A stretch of DNA of 64,000 nt, from IMG/VR virus record IMGVR_UViG_3300021061_000001. One strand, given 5' to 3'. The translations under genes were made by a program, and so were the position numbers. Positions within the stretch are counted from its first letter, which is position 1. Every line of letters begins with the position of its first letter. Below, in pieces: positions 41,859 through 50,731 of the stretch. The DNA is from a virus. The notes below the pieces were generated by a model. That model ran no database searches, was not told where the DNA came from, and was given only the letters and a program-made list of their open reading frames with translations.

Positions 41859-41859
41859 T

Positions 41860-42000
41860 TTACGACCGCCCCGCCCATTTGCAGGCGCATGCCAGACCGA
41901 AGAGGATCGAGGCGGCGAGGTTGCCCCAGAACAGGTAATGGTCGGGGGTGGTAAAGAGTACCGTGGCCGAGCAGCACAGGGCCGCGAAAGATCGGATCAT
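41860..42000 (-). CDS. Tiny membrane protein (46 aa; below track cutoff)
   Basis: The ATG overlaps the upstream stop (ATGA). MIRSFAALCCSATVLFTTPDHYLFWGNLAASILFGLACACKWAGRS. Confidence 0.4.
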   Translation of the reverse strand: MIRSFAALCCSATVLFTTPDHYLFWGNLAASILFGLACACKWAGRS

Positions 42001-42416
42001 GTGGTGGGCTCCTTGACTCGGGACGCTTCACGCTTCTTCGCCTCGGCAAGCATAGCTTCCGCAGCATCGAAGCACACGCTGGCAAACAGGGTCCACTCCA
42101 TTTCGGCGTGGTCCACGATGCCCATCGCCGCCACCGCCCAGCGCCGCACCCACTCGTTGTCATGCGCTCGCTCCATCATGGCAGCTTGTTTGGCTTTGTC
42201 CTTTACCGCTGCCGCCGCCTCCAGGAAGTCAACGACCTCTTGCCGCGTGCCCTTGGCAATCTCGAAGATTCCTAATTTTGCGGCTGGCTCAGTCGCAGGC
42301 TCGCCGACGCAGACCGGCTCGTCGGCTCGTCTGGGGCAGTCGGGATGGTGCTCGTTCACCGACTCGCCCTCCTTGCGGTTCCACAGGCGGCATTCGCACA
42401 ATTCGGGGCTCATCAT
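41997..42416 (-). CDS. First gene of the leftward early operon, hypothetical (139 aa)
   Basis: GAGGAAAA lies upstream of the ATG-ATG at 42416. It follows the divergent control region. Confidence 0.6.
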   Translation of the reverse strand: MMSPELCECRLWNRKEGESVNEHHPDCPRRADEPVCVGEPATEPAAKLGIFEIAKGTRQEVVDFLEAAAAVKDKAKQAAMMERAHDNEWVRRWAVAAMGIVDHAEMEWTLFASVCFDAAEAMLAEAKKREASRVKEPTT

Positions 42417-42459
42417 CTTTTCCTCACTGGTGTGGTATTAGTCCAAAACGGACAAAAAC

Positions 42460-42488
42460 AGTCTACGCCGCTTGGCCAAAGGGTGCAA
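42460..42488 (-). promoter_or_regulatory. Candidate leftward sigma70-like promoter
   Basis: The minus strand reads TTGCAC-17 nt-TAGACT, about 45 nt upstream of the 42416 start. Confidence 0.3.
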
Positions 42489-42516
42489 GAAATTTTGTCA
42501 AAAACGGTCTAAGTCC

Positions 42517-42546
42517 TTGACTGAGCGAGCGGCTCGGCTGTAAATT
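42517..42546 (+). promoter_or_regulatory. Candidate rightward sigma70-like promoter
   Basis: TTGACT-18 nt-TAAATT. The spacer contains the palindrome CGAGC-G-GCTCG. Confidence 0.45.
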
Positions 42547-42734
42547 GTGAGCAAGAAGCCGCAAGGTGGCGGCGCATCCACACCTCGAAAAAGCGGACCA
42601 AGAGATGCAAGCAAGCGTCGTTGGCAACCCAAAAACCCCCACAAGATAACGCCCGCTCGGATTTGGCAAGGAACCGACAACCAGCATTTGGCGACATGGG
42701 CGACTGATCCCCGCCTGTGACACCAGCAAAACAG

Positions 42735-42777
42735 GTAGCCGTCGAGGGCTCGACACCTCGGCGGCTATTTTCGTTTT
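42735..42777 (+). terminator. Strong rho-independent terminator 45 nt upstream of the first late gene
   Basis: 12-bp stem TAGCCGTCGAGG / CCTCGGCGGCTA (one G-U pair) with an 8-nt loop, followed by TTTTCGTTTTT. Confidence 0.7.
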
Positions 42778-42822
42778 TGCTCGTCCTTGCTGGTTGTCGG
42801 TTTCTTTTTTACGAGGCACTTC

Positions 42823-43971
42823 ATGGCAGACGAAGCCCCCCTGTTCCAAGCGGACACGTCGGAAGCCGCTCCCGCCAGCACCACTCCCGAACCTTCCGCG
42901 CCCGAAACACAGCCGGTCGCGGAAGCGTCTCCAGAACAACCGGCAGCGCAGCCAGCGCAGCCGTCAAGCCAGCCCGATACCGCAGCACAACAAGCCGCCC
43001 AGCCCGCCCAGCAGCCGTGGTGGTCCAGTCTGGGGGCCGACGAGTCCGCCGCGCAAGCCGCCGTCAACGGCATGCGGCAGCAGCTCGAACAGATGCGGCA
43101 ACTCGCGCCTTACGCGAACTTCGTGGCGCAGTATCCGCAGGAAGTCCAGGAGTTCATTCGGGCCCGACACCAGAAGCAGCAACCGGCCGCCGCGCCCGCC
43201 ACGGAAAAATCGTGGTACGACGGGCTGTACGAGGCCCCGGAATACGATCCGGCCTGGCTGACGATGGTGCAGAAGAACCCGACCACGGGCCTGATCGAGT
43301 CTTTGCCGGGCTACCCGGCCGAAATCGGCCTCAAAGTGCAGGCCGCCTTGCACCACCAGCAGCAAGTGCAGCGGCGTTTCCTGGAAAATCCGCCCGAGTT
43401 CATCAAGCCCTTCGCGGAGCGGATCGCCGAGCAGGTGGCCGAAAAGGTCGTGCAGCGGCACCTGGGAGGCCGCGACGAACAGCAACTTCAGCGCGACTTC
43501 ATCAACCAGAACAACGGCTGGCTCTACGAGCGCGACGACAAGGGCCAGCAGCGCATGACGCACGTCTGGGATCCCAACACCGGGCGGCAGGTGCAGACGC
43601 CGGTCCTGTCCGTGTGGGGCAAGCGCTACCGCGACCTGCTCAACGAGCGGCACGCCTACCAGATGCAGCGCTTCGGCCAGGCCGACTACCAGGATCAACT
43701 GGCGTGGGCGCTGGCGCACGTCAAGAACGAATACTACGAGTGGGCGCAGCAGCACGGCCAGCCACAGGCCGCAGCGCAGCCCGCTCCGGCACAGCCTGCC
43801 GCCGACCCGCGCAGTCCGCGCGAGAAGGCCAATGAGCAGTGGCTGGCCGGCCAGCCCAAGGCCGGTTCTCGGCCGTCCAACGGAAACACCGCACCCGCCG
43901 ATACCCCCGTGACCAACAACACGTTCGCATCCCACCTGCTGCGTGAGCTGGAAACAGCCGGCGCGGCATAG
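42823..43971 (+). CDS. Scaffolding-like protein (Gln/Ala/Pro-rich, directly upstream of capsid gene)
   Basis: ATG 42823 (MADEAPLFQ). Helical and Q-rich. Function inferred from position and composition only. Confidence 0.5.
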   Translation: MADEAPLFQADTSEAAPASTTPEPSAPETQPVAEASPEQPAAQPAQPSSQPDTAAQQAAQPAQQPWWSSLGADESAAQAAVNGMRQQLEQMRQLAPYANFVAQYPQEVQEFIRARHQKQQPAAAPATEKSWYDGLYEAPEYDPAWLTMVQKNPTTGLIESLPGYPAEIGLKVQAALHHQQQVQRRFLENPPEFIKPFAERIAEQVAEKVVQRHLGGRDEQQLQRDFINQNNGWLYERDDKGQQRMTHVWDPNTGRQVQTPVLSVWGKRYRDLLNERHAYQMQRFGQADYQDQLAWALAHVKNEYYEWAQQHGQPQAAAQPAPAQPAADPRSPREKANEQWLAGQPKAGSRPSNGNTAPADTPVTNNTFASHLLRELETAGAA

Positions 43972-43993
43972 GGCCAGTTTGGGGGTTTAGGAC

Positions 43994-45142
43994 ATGGACC
44001 AAGCAACGCTTCGCGCGATCAACACCACGATCGCCAAGTATTTCAAGACCGTCGAAGAGGCGGTTTTGCGCAAGCGCGTTGTCCTCGCCATGCTCATGAG
44101 CAAGGGCAATATCCACATGGGGGCCTCGGGCCTCAAGATGAACTGGAAGATCCGCTTCAGGCGCACCAGTTCGCAGCCGCTCCTGGGCGGCCAGACCCTG
44201 ACCTTCGTGCCGCGCGACCAGTGGCGCACGGCCGAACTGGGCTGGCGCGGTTTCGCCTCCACCAACTCCATCGAGGAGTTCGAGCTGGAGATGAACAAGG
44301 GCAAGGAAGCCATCGTCAACGTCTGGTCCAACGCGGCCAAGCTGCTCGCCTCGGACATCGAGCAGAACTTCGCCGACCAGCTCTACACCGACGGCGAGGC
44401 TTCCGGCCGCGAGTCGGACCTGCACGGCTTCGAGTCGATCTTCGGCACCAACGGCGTTTCGACCAAGCGCCCCATCGGCATCAACGACGATAGCTACGCC
44501 GGTGTCGCCACCGACCTGGCCTCCGAGGGTGGTTCGTGGTCCACGACCGGCACCAATACGTCGTACACCGACTGGCCCGACGGCCGCGGCGACTACCACT
44601 ACGACTTCTTCACCCCGCTCGTGGTCAACTACTCCTCCACGATCTCGACCAGCGCCGGCGCCGGCAACATCGGCTGGTCGGCCTCGACCAAGACCTGGCT
44701 CAACACCTGCATCGAGGCGCTGCGATTCGGCATCCTGGGCTGCTCCAAGAACGACGGCCCCGACGCCAAGATGGACCTCATCATCCTCGAACAGGCCATG
44801 ATGCGGGACCTCAAGAACAAGCTCCAGGCCGAGGAGCAGATCACGGTCACGAAGAACACCGGCCCGGGCAGCCCCTACGCCCTGGGCTTCACCGACACGA
44901 TCAACGTGGACGGCGTGGACTGCATGTGGGAGTACGGCGTGCCGGCCAACGTCGGCTACGGCCTGCCTTTGGGCCTCATCGAGCTGCACTCGCTCAAGCC
45001 CAAGCTGTTCAACCCCGGCGGCCCGGACTTCCGCCCCGAGGATCAGTCCTGGCGGATCTGGACCAAGTTCATGGGCAATCTCAAGTTCGGCAACGAGAAG
45101 GGCGGCGTGCGGAACTTCCTCAAGTTCGCCGCTCTCGGCTAA
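43994..45142 (+). CDS. Major capsid protein
   Basis: 382 aa, follows the scaffold-like gene. Size and sequence character are consistent with HK97-fold capsid proteins. No search was possible. Confidence 0.75.
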   Translation: MDQATLRAINTTIAKYFKTVEEAVLRKRVVLAMLMSKGNIHMGASGLKMNWKIRFRRTSSQPLLGGQTLTFVPRDQWRTAELGWRGFASTNSIEEFELEMNKGKEAIVNVWSNAAKLLASDIEQNFADQLYTDGEASGRESDLHGFESIFGTNGVSTKRPIGINDDSYAGVATDLASEGGSWSTTGTNTSYTDWPDGRGDYHYDFFTPLVVNYSSTISTSAGAGNIGWSASTKTWLNTCIEALRFGILGCSKNDGPDAKMDLIILEQAMMRDLKNKLQAEEQITVTKNTGPGSPYALGFTDTINVDGVDCMWEYGVPANVGYGLPLGLIELHSLKPKLFNPGGPDFRPEDQSWRIWTKFMGNLKFGNEKGGVRNFLKFAALG

Positions 45143-45197
45143 GTCGTCATCCGCGTTCGCTTAACCATCAACCGCTCACGATTTCGAGGATATTGCC

Positions 45198-45818
45198 ATG
45201 AACAGTCCCTTGATGGAACGCGGCCAGACGGCATACGGCCCGACCGCGTCCATTGACACCAACGCTCTCAAGTTCGTGCACTGGGAGGGCAAGGAGTTCA
45301 CCTTCGAGGACATCGACTACAACGATGTCTCGGTGGGGACCAAGCCGCTCCGCTCCAAGGCCATGGTCAAGTGCCGCATCGTGCGGAATATGTCGAGCGC
45401 CACCCTGCTTCCCAAGCGGCTGGCGCGGCTCAAGAAGTCGGGCCTCGACATCCTATCCCGCGTGGACGGCTATGCCTGCACCACGGCGGACGGCCCGTGC
45501 TACCCCATCGACGAGTTCCTGCCCGCGGCCGGTGTGCGGCACGGCGATCTCTTTTACGTCGTCGTCGAAGGCCCGGCCATGGTGCTCACCGACATTGCCT
45601 CGGGGGCCAACAACCTGATCTCGGTCGGCGACTGGCTCGTGTCCCTGACCGGCGCCACCACCGGCGCCACCACGTCGGGCCGCGTCAAGCCGCAGGACCT
45701 CACCGGCGCCACCGCCCTGCTCGGCAACGAGATCCAGCACCGCATCGGTCGGGCGCTGTCGGCCCAGACCACGGCCAACACGGCCAACAGCCTGCTCATG
45801 AACGTGACGAAGTTCTGA
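45198..45818 (+). CDS. Capsid decoration/cement-like beta-barrel protein (tentative)
   Basis: Directly after the capsid gene. GDLFYVVVEGPAMVLTD..ISVGDWLVSL..GRV resembles the DUF2190-type pattern (recalled). Confidence 0.5.
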   Translation: MNSPLMERGQTAYGPTASIDTNALKFVHWEGKEFTFEDIDYNDVSVGTKPLRSKAMVKCRIVRNMSSATLLPKRLARLKKSGLDILSRVDGYACTTADGPCYPIDEFLPAAGVRHGDLFYVVVEGPAMVLTDIASGANNLISVGDWLVSLTGATTGATTSGRVKPQDLTGATALLGNEIQHRIGRALSAQTTANTANSLLMNVTKF

Positions 45819-45837
45819 CCCGCACTGTCGTGCGCCG

Positions 45838-45868
45838 GCCCGGTCTGGCACCTGCCAGGCCGGGCTTT
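45838..45868 (+). terminator. Hairpin / weak terminator after capsid-decoration genes
   Basis: GCCCGGTCTGGCA-cc-TGCCAGGCCGGGC (13 bp including one G-U) followed only by TTT. Confidence 0.35.
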
Positions 45869-45888
45869 CCCACACCCGAGGACTCGTC

Positions 45889-46632
45889 ATGTCGGCCACC
45901 TGTCACCCCCGCCACATCCAGATCGACTACCGCCCTGGCACCCAGGACGAAGAAGCCTTCCGCGAAGTCATGTCCGAAAACTGCTACCGCCTCCCTTCGC
46001 GGCTCCGCGCCGACGACGTGGTGGTGGACGTAGGCGCGCACATCGGCAACTTTTCCCTGGCCTGCATCCTGCGCGGTGCTGGCCGCGTCCTGGCCTTCGA
46101 GCCGGACCGGGACAACTTCCGCTATCTGACCAGCAACCTCGAGCGCTGGATCGGCGCCACCGCCCGCAACGCCGCCGTCTGGCGCAGCGACAAGATCGAA
46201 CAGGTCCATTTCACCGGCTACCCGGCGCAGAACGCCTTCCTGGACGCCGCCCCCTACGCCAACGCCTGCGGCTCGTGCATGCCGCAGGTGAACGTGAGCG
46301 GGGTCAATGAGCGCCGCCCCGTGGAATCCGTGCCCCTGGACCAGATCCTGGAAGGCATCGCGGCGGACGGCAAGCGCGTGCGGCTACTCAAACTTGACTG
46401 CGAAGGAGCCGAGTTCCCCATCCTCTACACCTCCAAGCGGCTCGATCTCGTTGACGAGATTTGCGGCGAACTGCACGATTTCGGCCTGCGCGGCCTGCCG
46501 CCGATGGTGGAGGGATTCACCGACTACGACATGGACGAGATGGCCTACTACCTGGAGGGCCAGGGCTTCGACGTGGACGTGGAGCCCAATAGCCAGAGCC
46601 GGCAAATGTTCCTGTTCTGGGCCAGGCGCTAG
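45889..46632 (+). CDS. FkbM-family SAM-dependent methyltransferase
   Basis: VVVDVGAHIGNFSL ... RVLAFEPDRDNFRYLTSNL ... LLKLDCEGAEFPIL is the Methyltransf_21/FkbM motif series. Confidence 0.85.
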   Translation: MSATCHPRHIQIDYRPGTQDEEAFREVMSENCYRLPSRLRADDVVVDVGAHIGNFSLACILRGAGRVLAFEPDRDNFRYLTSNLERWIGATARNAAVWRSDKIEQVHFTGYPAQNAFLDAAPYANACGSCMPQVNVSGVNERRPVESVPLDQILEGIAADGKRVRLLKLDCEGAEFPILYTSKRLDLVDEICGELHDFGLRGLPPMVEGFTDYDMDEMAYYLEGQGFDVDVEPNSQSRQMFLFWARR

Positions 46633-46660
46633 CCGCCACACCCTTACCCCCGAGGACACG

Positions 46661-47584
46661 ATGACCCCCGCGAAACTGAACATTCTCCTGGCCGGCTTCC
46701 CCTATGGCGGCAACGGCGCGACCAGTTCCGAGGTGCCGTGCCTGCGCCACTGGTTCGCCAAGGTGGTGGTCGCAGCCAAGAAGGACGAGCGCGTTGGCGA
46801 CATCTGGGCCATGGATTTCTCGGACACGCCCATCACGATGACCCGCAACGCGGCCGTGCTCAAGGCAAGACAACTGGGGGCCGACGTGCTGGTCATGTTC
46901 GATTCGGACCAGAAGCCCGACATGCTCCTGGGCCAGGACCCGACCGCCAAGCCCTTCTTCGAGTCCAGTTTCGACTTCCTCTACGAGCGCAAGCAGCAAG
47001 GAAAGGCGACCTCGATCTGCGCCCCTTACTGCGGCGCGCCGCCCGAGCGGGTGCCGTTCTGCTTCACCTGGACCACCGACGACCCGGACCATCCCGACGG
47101 TCACGCACGGATGCGGCTCCTGACCCGCGAGGAAGCGGCCCTGCGCATGGGCATTCACGAGGTTCCGGCTCAGCCGACCGGCCTCATCATGTTCGACATG
47201 GACCTGTTCGAGATCACCGACCCCAAGCACGAGTTCGAGCGCATGCTTCAGGCCGGTTATCCGCGGCAGATCGCTCAGGCGGTCACCAAGCCGTGGTTCT
47301 ACTACGAGTGGCCGGACATTTATGCGGCCCGCAAGGACTCGACCGAGGACGTGACGGCCACGCGCGACATGGGGCTCGCGTGCATCAACGCCCGCGGCTA
47401 CAACCCGCTCTTTTGCAACTACGACGCCTGGGCCGGGCACTGGAAGCCGGAATGCGTTGGCAAGCCCAGGCCGATCAGTGGCGATGCCGTGAACGAGAAG
47501 TACCGCACTGCGGCCCTCAAAGGCAAGCAGTCCGGCGAAAGGCTGGTGCATGTCCGTGCCAACGGACAGCTTGTGAGCGCCTAG
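46661..47584 (+). CDS. GT-A-fold glycosyltransferase-like protein
   Basis: ATG 46661. TMTRNAAVLKARQLGADVLVMFDSDQ (DxD-type motif) and a later STEDVTATRDM block, as in family-2-like glycosyltransferases (recalled). Confidence 0.6.
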   Translation: MTPAKLNILLAGFPYGGNGATSSEVPCLRHWFAKVVVAAKKDERVGDIWAMDFSDTPITMTRNAAVLKARQLGADVLVMFDSDQKPDMLLGQDPTAKPFFESSFDFLYERKQQGKATSICAPYCGAPPERVPFCFTWTTDDPDHPDGHARMRLLTREEAALRMGIHEVPAQPTGLIMFDMDLFEITDPKHEFERMLQAGYPRQIAQAVTKPWFYYEWPDIYAARKDSTEDVTATRDMGLACINARGYNPLFCNYDAWAGHWKPECVGKPRPISGDAVNEKYRTAALKGKQSGERLVHVRANGQLVSA

Positions 47585-47627
47585 CTCCGCCGCGCCCCGG
47601 CCAAGACCGTTTGACTGAGGGCTCCCG

Positions 47628-47945
47628 ATGTTCGCACAGGCTCCGCCAGACTGGCTCAACAACTGGGAGCGCTTCGGCTATGGCGGCATCAGCTTCCTCA
47701 TGGCGGCCACGATGTTCTGGTTCTACGGCCGCCACTGGTTTCTGCGGCAGATCAAGCTGGCGGACATCTGCATCCGGGACAAGCGGATGTCGCGCAAGAG
47801 GCTCAGATGGGCGCACAGGCGGCTTCAAGAGGCCCTGCAAGGACTGGAAGAGGCACAGGCGGAACTGGTGGCCACCAAGGCCAAGGTGATCGAACTCGAA
47901 CTGAGGCTCAGCCATGCAGACCGTCCTGGTGATCGAGGACAGTAG
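47628..47945 (+). CDS. Membrane-anchored coiled-coil protein (105 aa)
   Basis: One hydrophobic helix (GYGGISFLMAATMFWFYG) followed by LQEALQGLEEAQAELVATKAKVIELELRL. The 3' end overlaps the receiver gene by 32 nt. Confidence 0.55.
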   Translation: MFAQAPPDWLNNWERFGYGGISFLMAATMFWFYGRHWFLRQIKLADICIRDKRMSRKRLRWAHRRLQEALQGLEEAQAELVATKAKVIELELRLSHADRPGDRGQ

Positions 47946-48345
47946 CGAACTGGCCAAATTGTGGCAGCAGACCCTACCCGGCTTCGGCTTGCATGTGAGG
48001 CTGGCCGGCTCGCTCAGGGAGGCATTCGTGGCGCTAGCAGCAGAGGTCCCCGACTGCATCGTCCTTGATCTGTGCCTGCCAAACGGTGCCGGGGTCAACT
48101 GCGTTAAGGCAGTGCGGGCCGTCGCGGCCGACACCCCGTTGATCGTGGTCACTGGCTCGATCGAGCCGGGGCTGCGGGAAAGATGCCTGGCGGCAGGCGC
48201 GGATGTGTACTTGGAAAAGCCGACCGGGGTCAAGGACATGGTGCGGGAGATCAAGGTGGCGATCGCGACGCGCAGCACGCTGGCCGAGTGCGGCCGGCAT
48301 ATCGAGTCGGCCCGGCGCGGGCTGGCCTGCACGCGAGGGATGTGA
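47914..48345 (+). CDS. Stand-alone response-regulator receiver (CheY-like) protein
   Basis: VLVIEDS (E8-D9), CIVLDLCLPNGAG (D52), LIVVTGS (T80) and DVYLEKP (K102). All canonical receiver residues are present and there is no output domain. Confidence 0.85.
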   Translation: MQTVLVIEDSSELAKLWQQTLPGFGLHVRLAGSLREAFVALAAEVPDCIVLDLCLPNGAGVNCVKAVRAVAADTPLIVVTGSIEPGLRERCLAAGADVYLEKPTGVKDMVREIKVAIATRSTLAECGRHIESARRGLACTRGM

Positions 48346-48974
48346 TGAGCGAAGAACGCCTGCATGCTCTGGAAGGCGCGTTGACGGAACTGCGTACCCG
48401 GCTGTCCGCCGTCGAAACGCATGCCGTCGAGATGGACCACCGGATCGACGTGCTGGAGGAACCCAACCCAATCGTCGTCAAGGCCAGGGGCTGGCTCGGC
48501 TGGCTGTGGGAAAACAGGCCCGAGTGGCGAACACTCCTGCCTTACCTCATCATCGCCGCCCTGCTCCTGCGCGGCGGTCAGGGCTGCGACATCCGCTGCG
48601 ACCGGCTGCCGATCCCCGACTGGGTCAATCCGATTCCTGTCCCCAAGGGGGACCTGCGCGTCGTGGTCATCTACGAGTCGGCCGATGAGCACAAACTACC
48701 GGCCGGTCAGCGCAACATCATCATGGGCCAGAAATTCCGCGACTGGGTGACGGCCCACTGCGGCAAGTCCGATGGCAGGACGGCCGACTTCCGCGCCTAC
48801 GACAAGGACACCGACACCGCCAACGATTATCCGTGGGCGCAAGAGGCCATGAAGCGGCCGCGTGCCGAACTGCCGTGGATCGTGGTCATCAAGGGAACCT
48901 CGATCGTTCACGAGGGCAAATTGCCCGCCGACCCGGACCAGGCGATTTCGCTCTTGTCGAAGTACGGAGCCTGA
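48345..48974 (+). CDS. Coiled-coil / single-TM protein with C-terminal alpha-beta domain
   Basis: The ATG overlaps the receiver stop (TGATG). It has an N-terminal coiled coil, the TM helix WRTLLPYLIIAALLL, and a ~130-aa C-domain of unknown family. Confidence 0.65.
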   Translation: MSEERLHALEGALTELRTRLSAVETHAVEMDHRIDVLEEPNPIVVKARGWLGWLWENRPEWRTLLPYLIIAALLLRGGQGCDIRCDRLPIPDWVNPIPVPKGDLRVVVIYESADEHKLPAGQRNIIMGQKFRDWVTAHCGKSDGRTADFRAYDKDTDTANDYPWAQEAMKRPRAELPWIVVIKGTSIVHEGKLPADPDQAISLLSKYGA

Positions 48975-48975
48975 G

Positions 48976-49785
48976 ATGCCCGACATCATCACCATCACCG
49001 ACGACAACTATCGTGGCTTCATCGACTCGGCCGATGACATGCCGGGCGACCACAAGGGGCTCACCCCTCGCGACTTCGCCACCTTCCCGGTCGGCCACTA
49101 CGCCAACGCTGGCCCGATCGATTTCCCCCTCTTCTCCGATGAGCAGATCGAGAAGGAGATCAGGAACCAGGAGGAGAACGGTTCCTCGCTCGAACATCTG
49201 CGAATGACTTACGACGGCGGCAAGCCGATCGACGCCCTGGACCAGAACGGGCAGGGCTATTGCTGGGCCTACTCGACGACTTCCTGCGTGACCCTGGCGC
49301 GGGCCAAGCAGGGCATGCCCTACGAGCCGCTGTCGGGGCACATGATCGGCTGCATCATCAAGAACTATCGCAACCAGGGCGGTTGGAACGCGCAATCGAT
49401 GCAGTTCGCGCAGGAGCATGGCGTGGCCTCGCAAAAGTTCTGGCCCGCCAAGTCGATGTCGCGCTCCAACGACACGCCCGAGATGCGCGAGGACGCCCGC
49501 AAGCGCCGCATTACCGAATGGTGGGACCTGTCGGACGATCCCGAGACGGTCAAGCGGCAGTTGGCGACCCTGCTCCTGCTCAACTGCCCGGTGGCGGTGG
49601 ACTTCAACTGGTGGTTGCACTCGGTCTGTGCCATCCGGCTCATGTCGTGGCGGCCGTTCAAGATCAGGATTCTCAATTCGTGGTCCAATAGCTGGTCGAA
49701 ATTGGGCATGGGCGACCTCGAAGGGGGCCGGGCCATTCCCAACGGCGCGATCGCGCCGCGCGTCATCACCGCCAAGGCGGCCTGA
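48976..49785 (+). CDS. Papain-like (C1-family-like) cysteine peptidase
   Basis: DQNGQGYCWAYS (Gln/Cys), NWWLHSVCAI (His) and ILNSWSNSWSKLGMG (Asn-Ser-Trp), in papain order. No signal peptide. Confidence 0.75.
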   Translation: MPDIITITDDNYRGFIDSADDMPGDHKGLTPRDFATFPVGHYANAGPIDFPLFSDEQIEKEIRNQEENGSSLEHLRMTYDGGKPIDALDQNGQGYCWAYSTTSCVTLARAKQGMPYEPLSGHMIGCIIKNYRNQGGWNAQSMQFAQEHGVASQKFWPAKSMSRSNDTPEMREDARKRRITEWWDLSDDPETVKRQLATLLLLNCPVAVDFNWWLHSVCAIRLMSWRPFKIRILNSWSNSWSKLGMGDLEGGRAIPNGAIAPRVITAKAA

Positions 49786-49799
49786 AAGGAAGGTGTTCC

Positions 49800-50351
49800 A
49801 TGAAGAAGTTCATCGACAACCGGCACGTCTACATCGGTCTGGGCATCTTCGCGGCTGTGCTGGTGCTGGCCATCTCGCTCGGCGCCTTCCAGTCGAAAGC
49901 CAACCCCATCCTGCCGCCGCCTCCCGTGCCGGATCAGGTGCCTGTCATCGACGACGACAAGCGACCGGACGGCTTTCTGGAACCCAAACCGGAACCCGTC
50001 AAGAAACAGGCGAGCAGCCCTTATTGTGATCCGTCCTGCTCCTGCGGATGCCAGGGGGGCGGGTCGTGCGTCTGCTACATGACCATGCGAGCCAGAGCGA
50101 TCAAGGAGGGGGCTGGTCTGGTGGTCTGGATCGGCTGCCGGCGCGGCACAGGCTACGACGATCATTTGCACTGCGAAGTGAAGTCGCTGCCTGGCTTCGA
50201 GGGGTTCAAGGGGCATGTCATCAGCTACGTCAGGAACGGCGAGTTGTGGTTCGCCAGGGCGGTGCCGCACGCGGCCATGCAGGCCCCGAGGCAACCAGTG
50301 TTCTTCCAGCCGGGCGGTGGAGTCGTGCGCATGCGCGGACGCTCGTGCTGA
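49800..50351 (+). CDS. Signal-anchored Cys-rich protein (183 aa)
   Basis: N-terminal TM (VYIGLGIFAAVLVLAISLGAF), a Pro-rich linker, and a CDPSCSCGCQGGGSCVC cluster. Confidence 0.65.
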   Translation: MKKFIDNRHVYIGLGIFAAVLVLAISLGAFQSKANPILPPPPVPDQVPVIDDDKRPDGFLEPKPEPVKKQASSPYCDPSCSCGCQGGGSCVCYMTMRARAIKEGAGLVVWIGCRRGTGYDDHLHCEVKSLPGFEGFKGHVISYVRNGELWFARAVPHAAMQAPRQPVFFQPGGGVVRMRGRSC

Positions 50352-50395
50352 TAGGTCCGATGTCGGCTCCGGTGCGGGGCCAGAGGAGACATGCC

Positions 50396-50614
50396 ATGGA
50401 AAACGAAGTGCAAAAGGCCATGATGGCGGCGGCGGCGGTCGGCCTGAACCTTACCGAGGAGCAGGTCAGGGCGATCCTGGACCTCATCTACAGCGGCGGC
50501 GATTCGGTCGTGCTGGCCACGGCCAACCCGTTCGACAACCTGGCCTGGGCCATCGCCAAGCCGATTCTCAAGCAGTTCGAGGCCAAACTGATCGCGATTC
50601 TGACCAAGAAGTGA
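50396..50614 (+). CDS. Small protein (72 aa)
   Basis: ATG 50396 follows GAGGAGA. Confidence 0.55.
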   Translation: MENEVQKAMMAAAAVGLNLTEEQVRAILDLIYSGGDSVVLATANPFDNLAWAIAKPILKQFEAKLIAILTKK

Positions 50615-50617
50615 TCC

Positions 50618-50728
50618 ATGGATCGCTGGATCATTCGAGCCCTGGTGCTCCTGGCTGCCCCGATCTGGGTGCCTTACATCGCCTGGCTCGTGGCCAGGGA
50701 TGTTCTGGCCGAGATGAAAAAGAGGTGA
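50618..50728 (+). CDS. Tiny single-TM protein (36 aa; below track cutoff)
   Basis: MDRWIIRALVLLAAPIWVPYIAWLVARDVLAEMKKR. It fills the gap between the flanking genes exactly. Confidence 0.3.
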   Translation: MDRWIIRALVLLAAPIWVPYIAWLVARDVLAEMKKR

Positions 50729-50731
50729 CCC

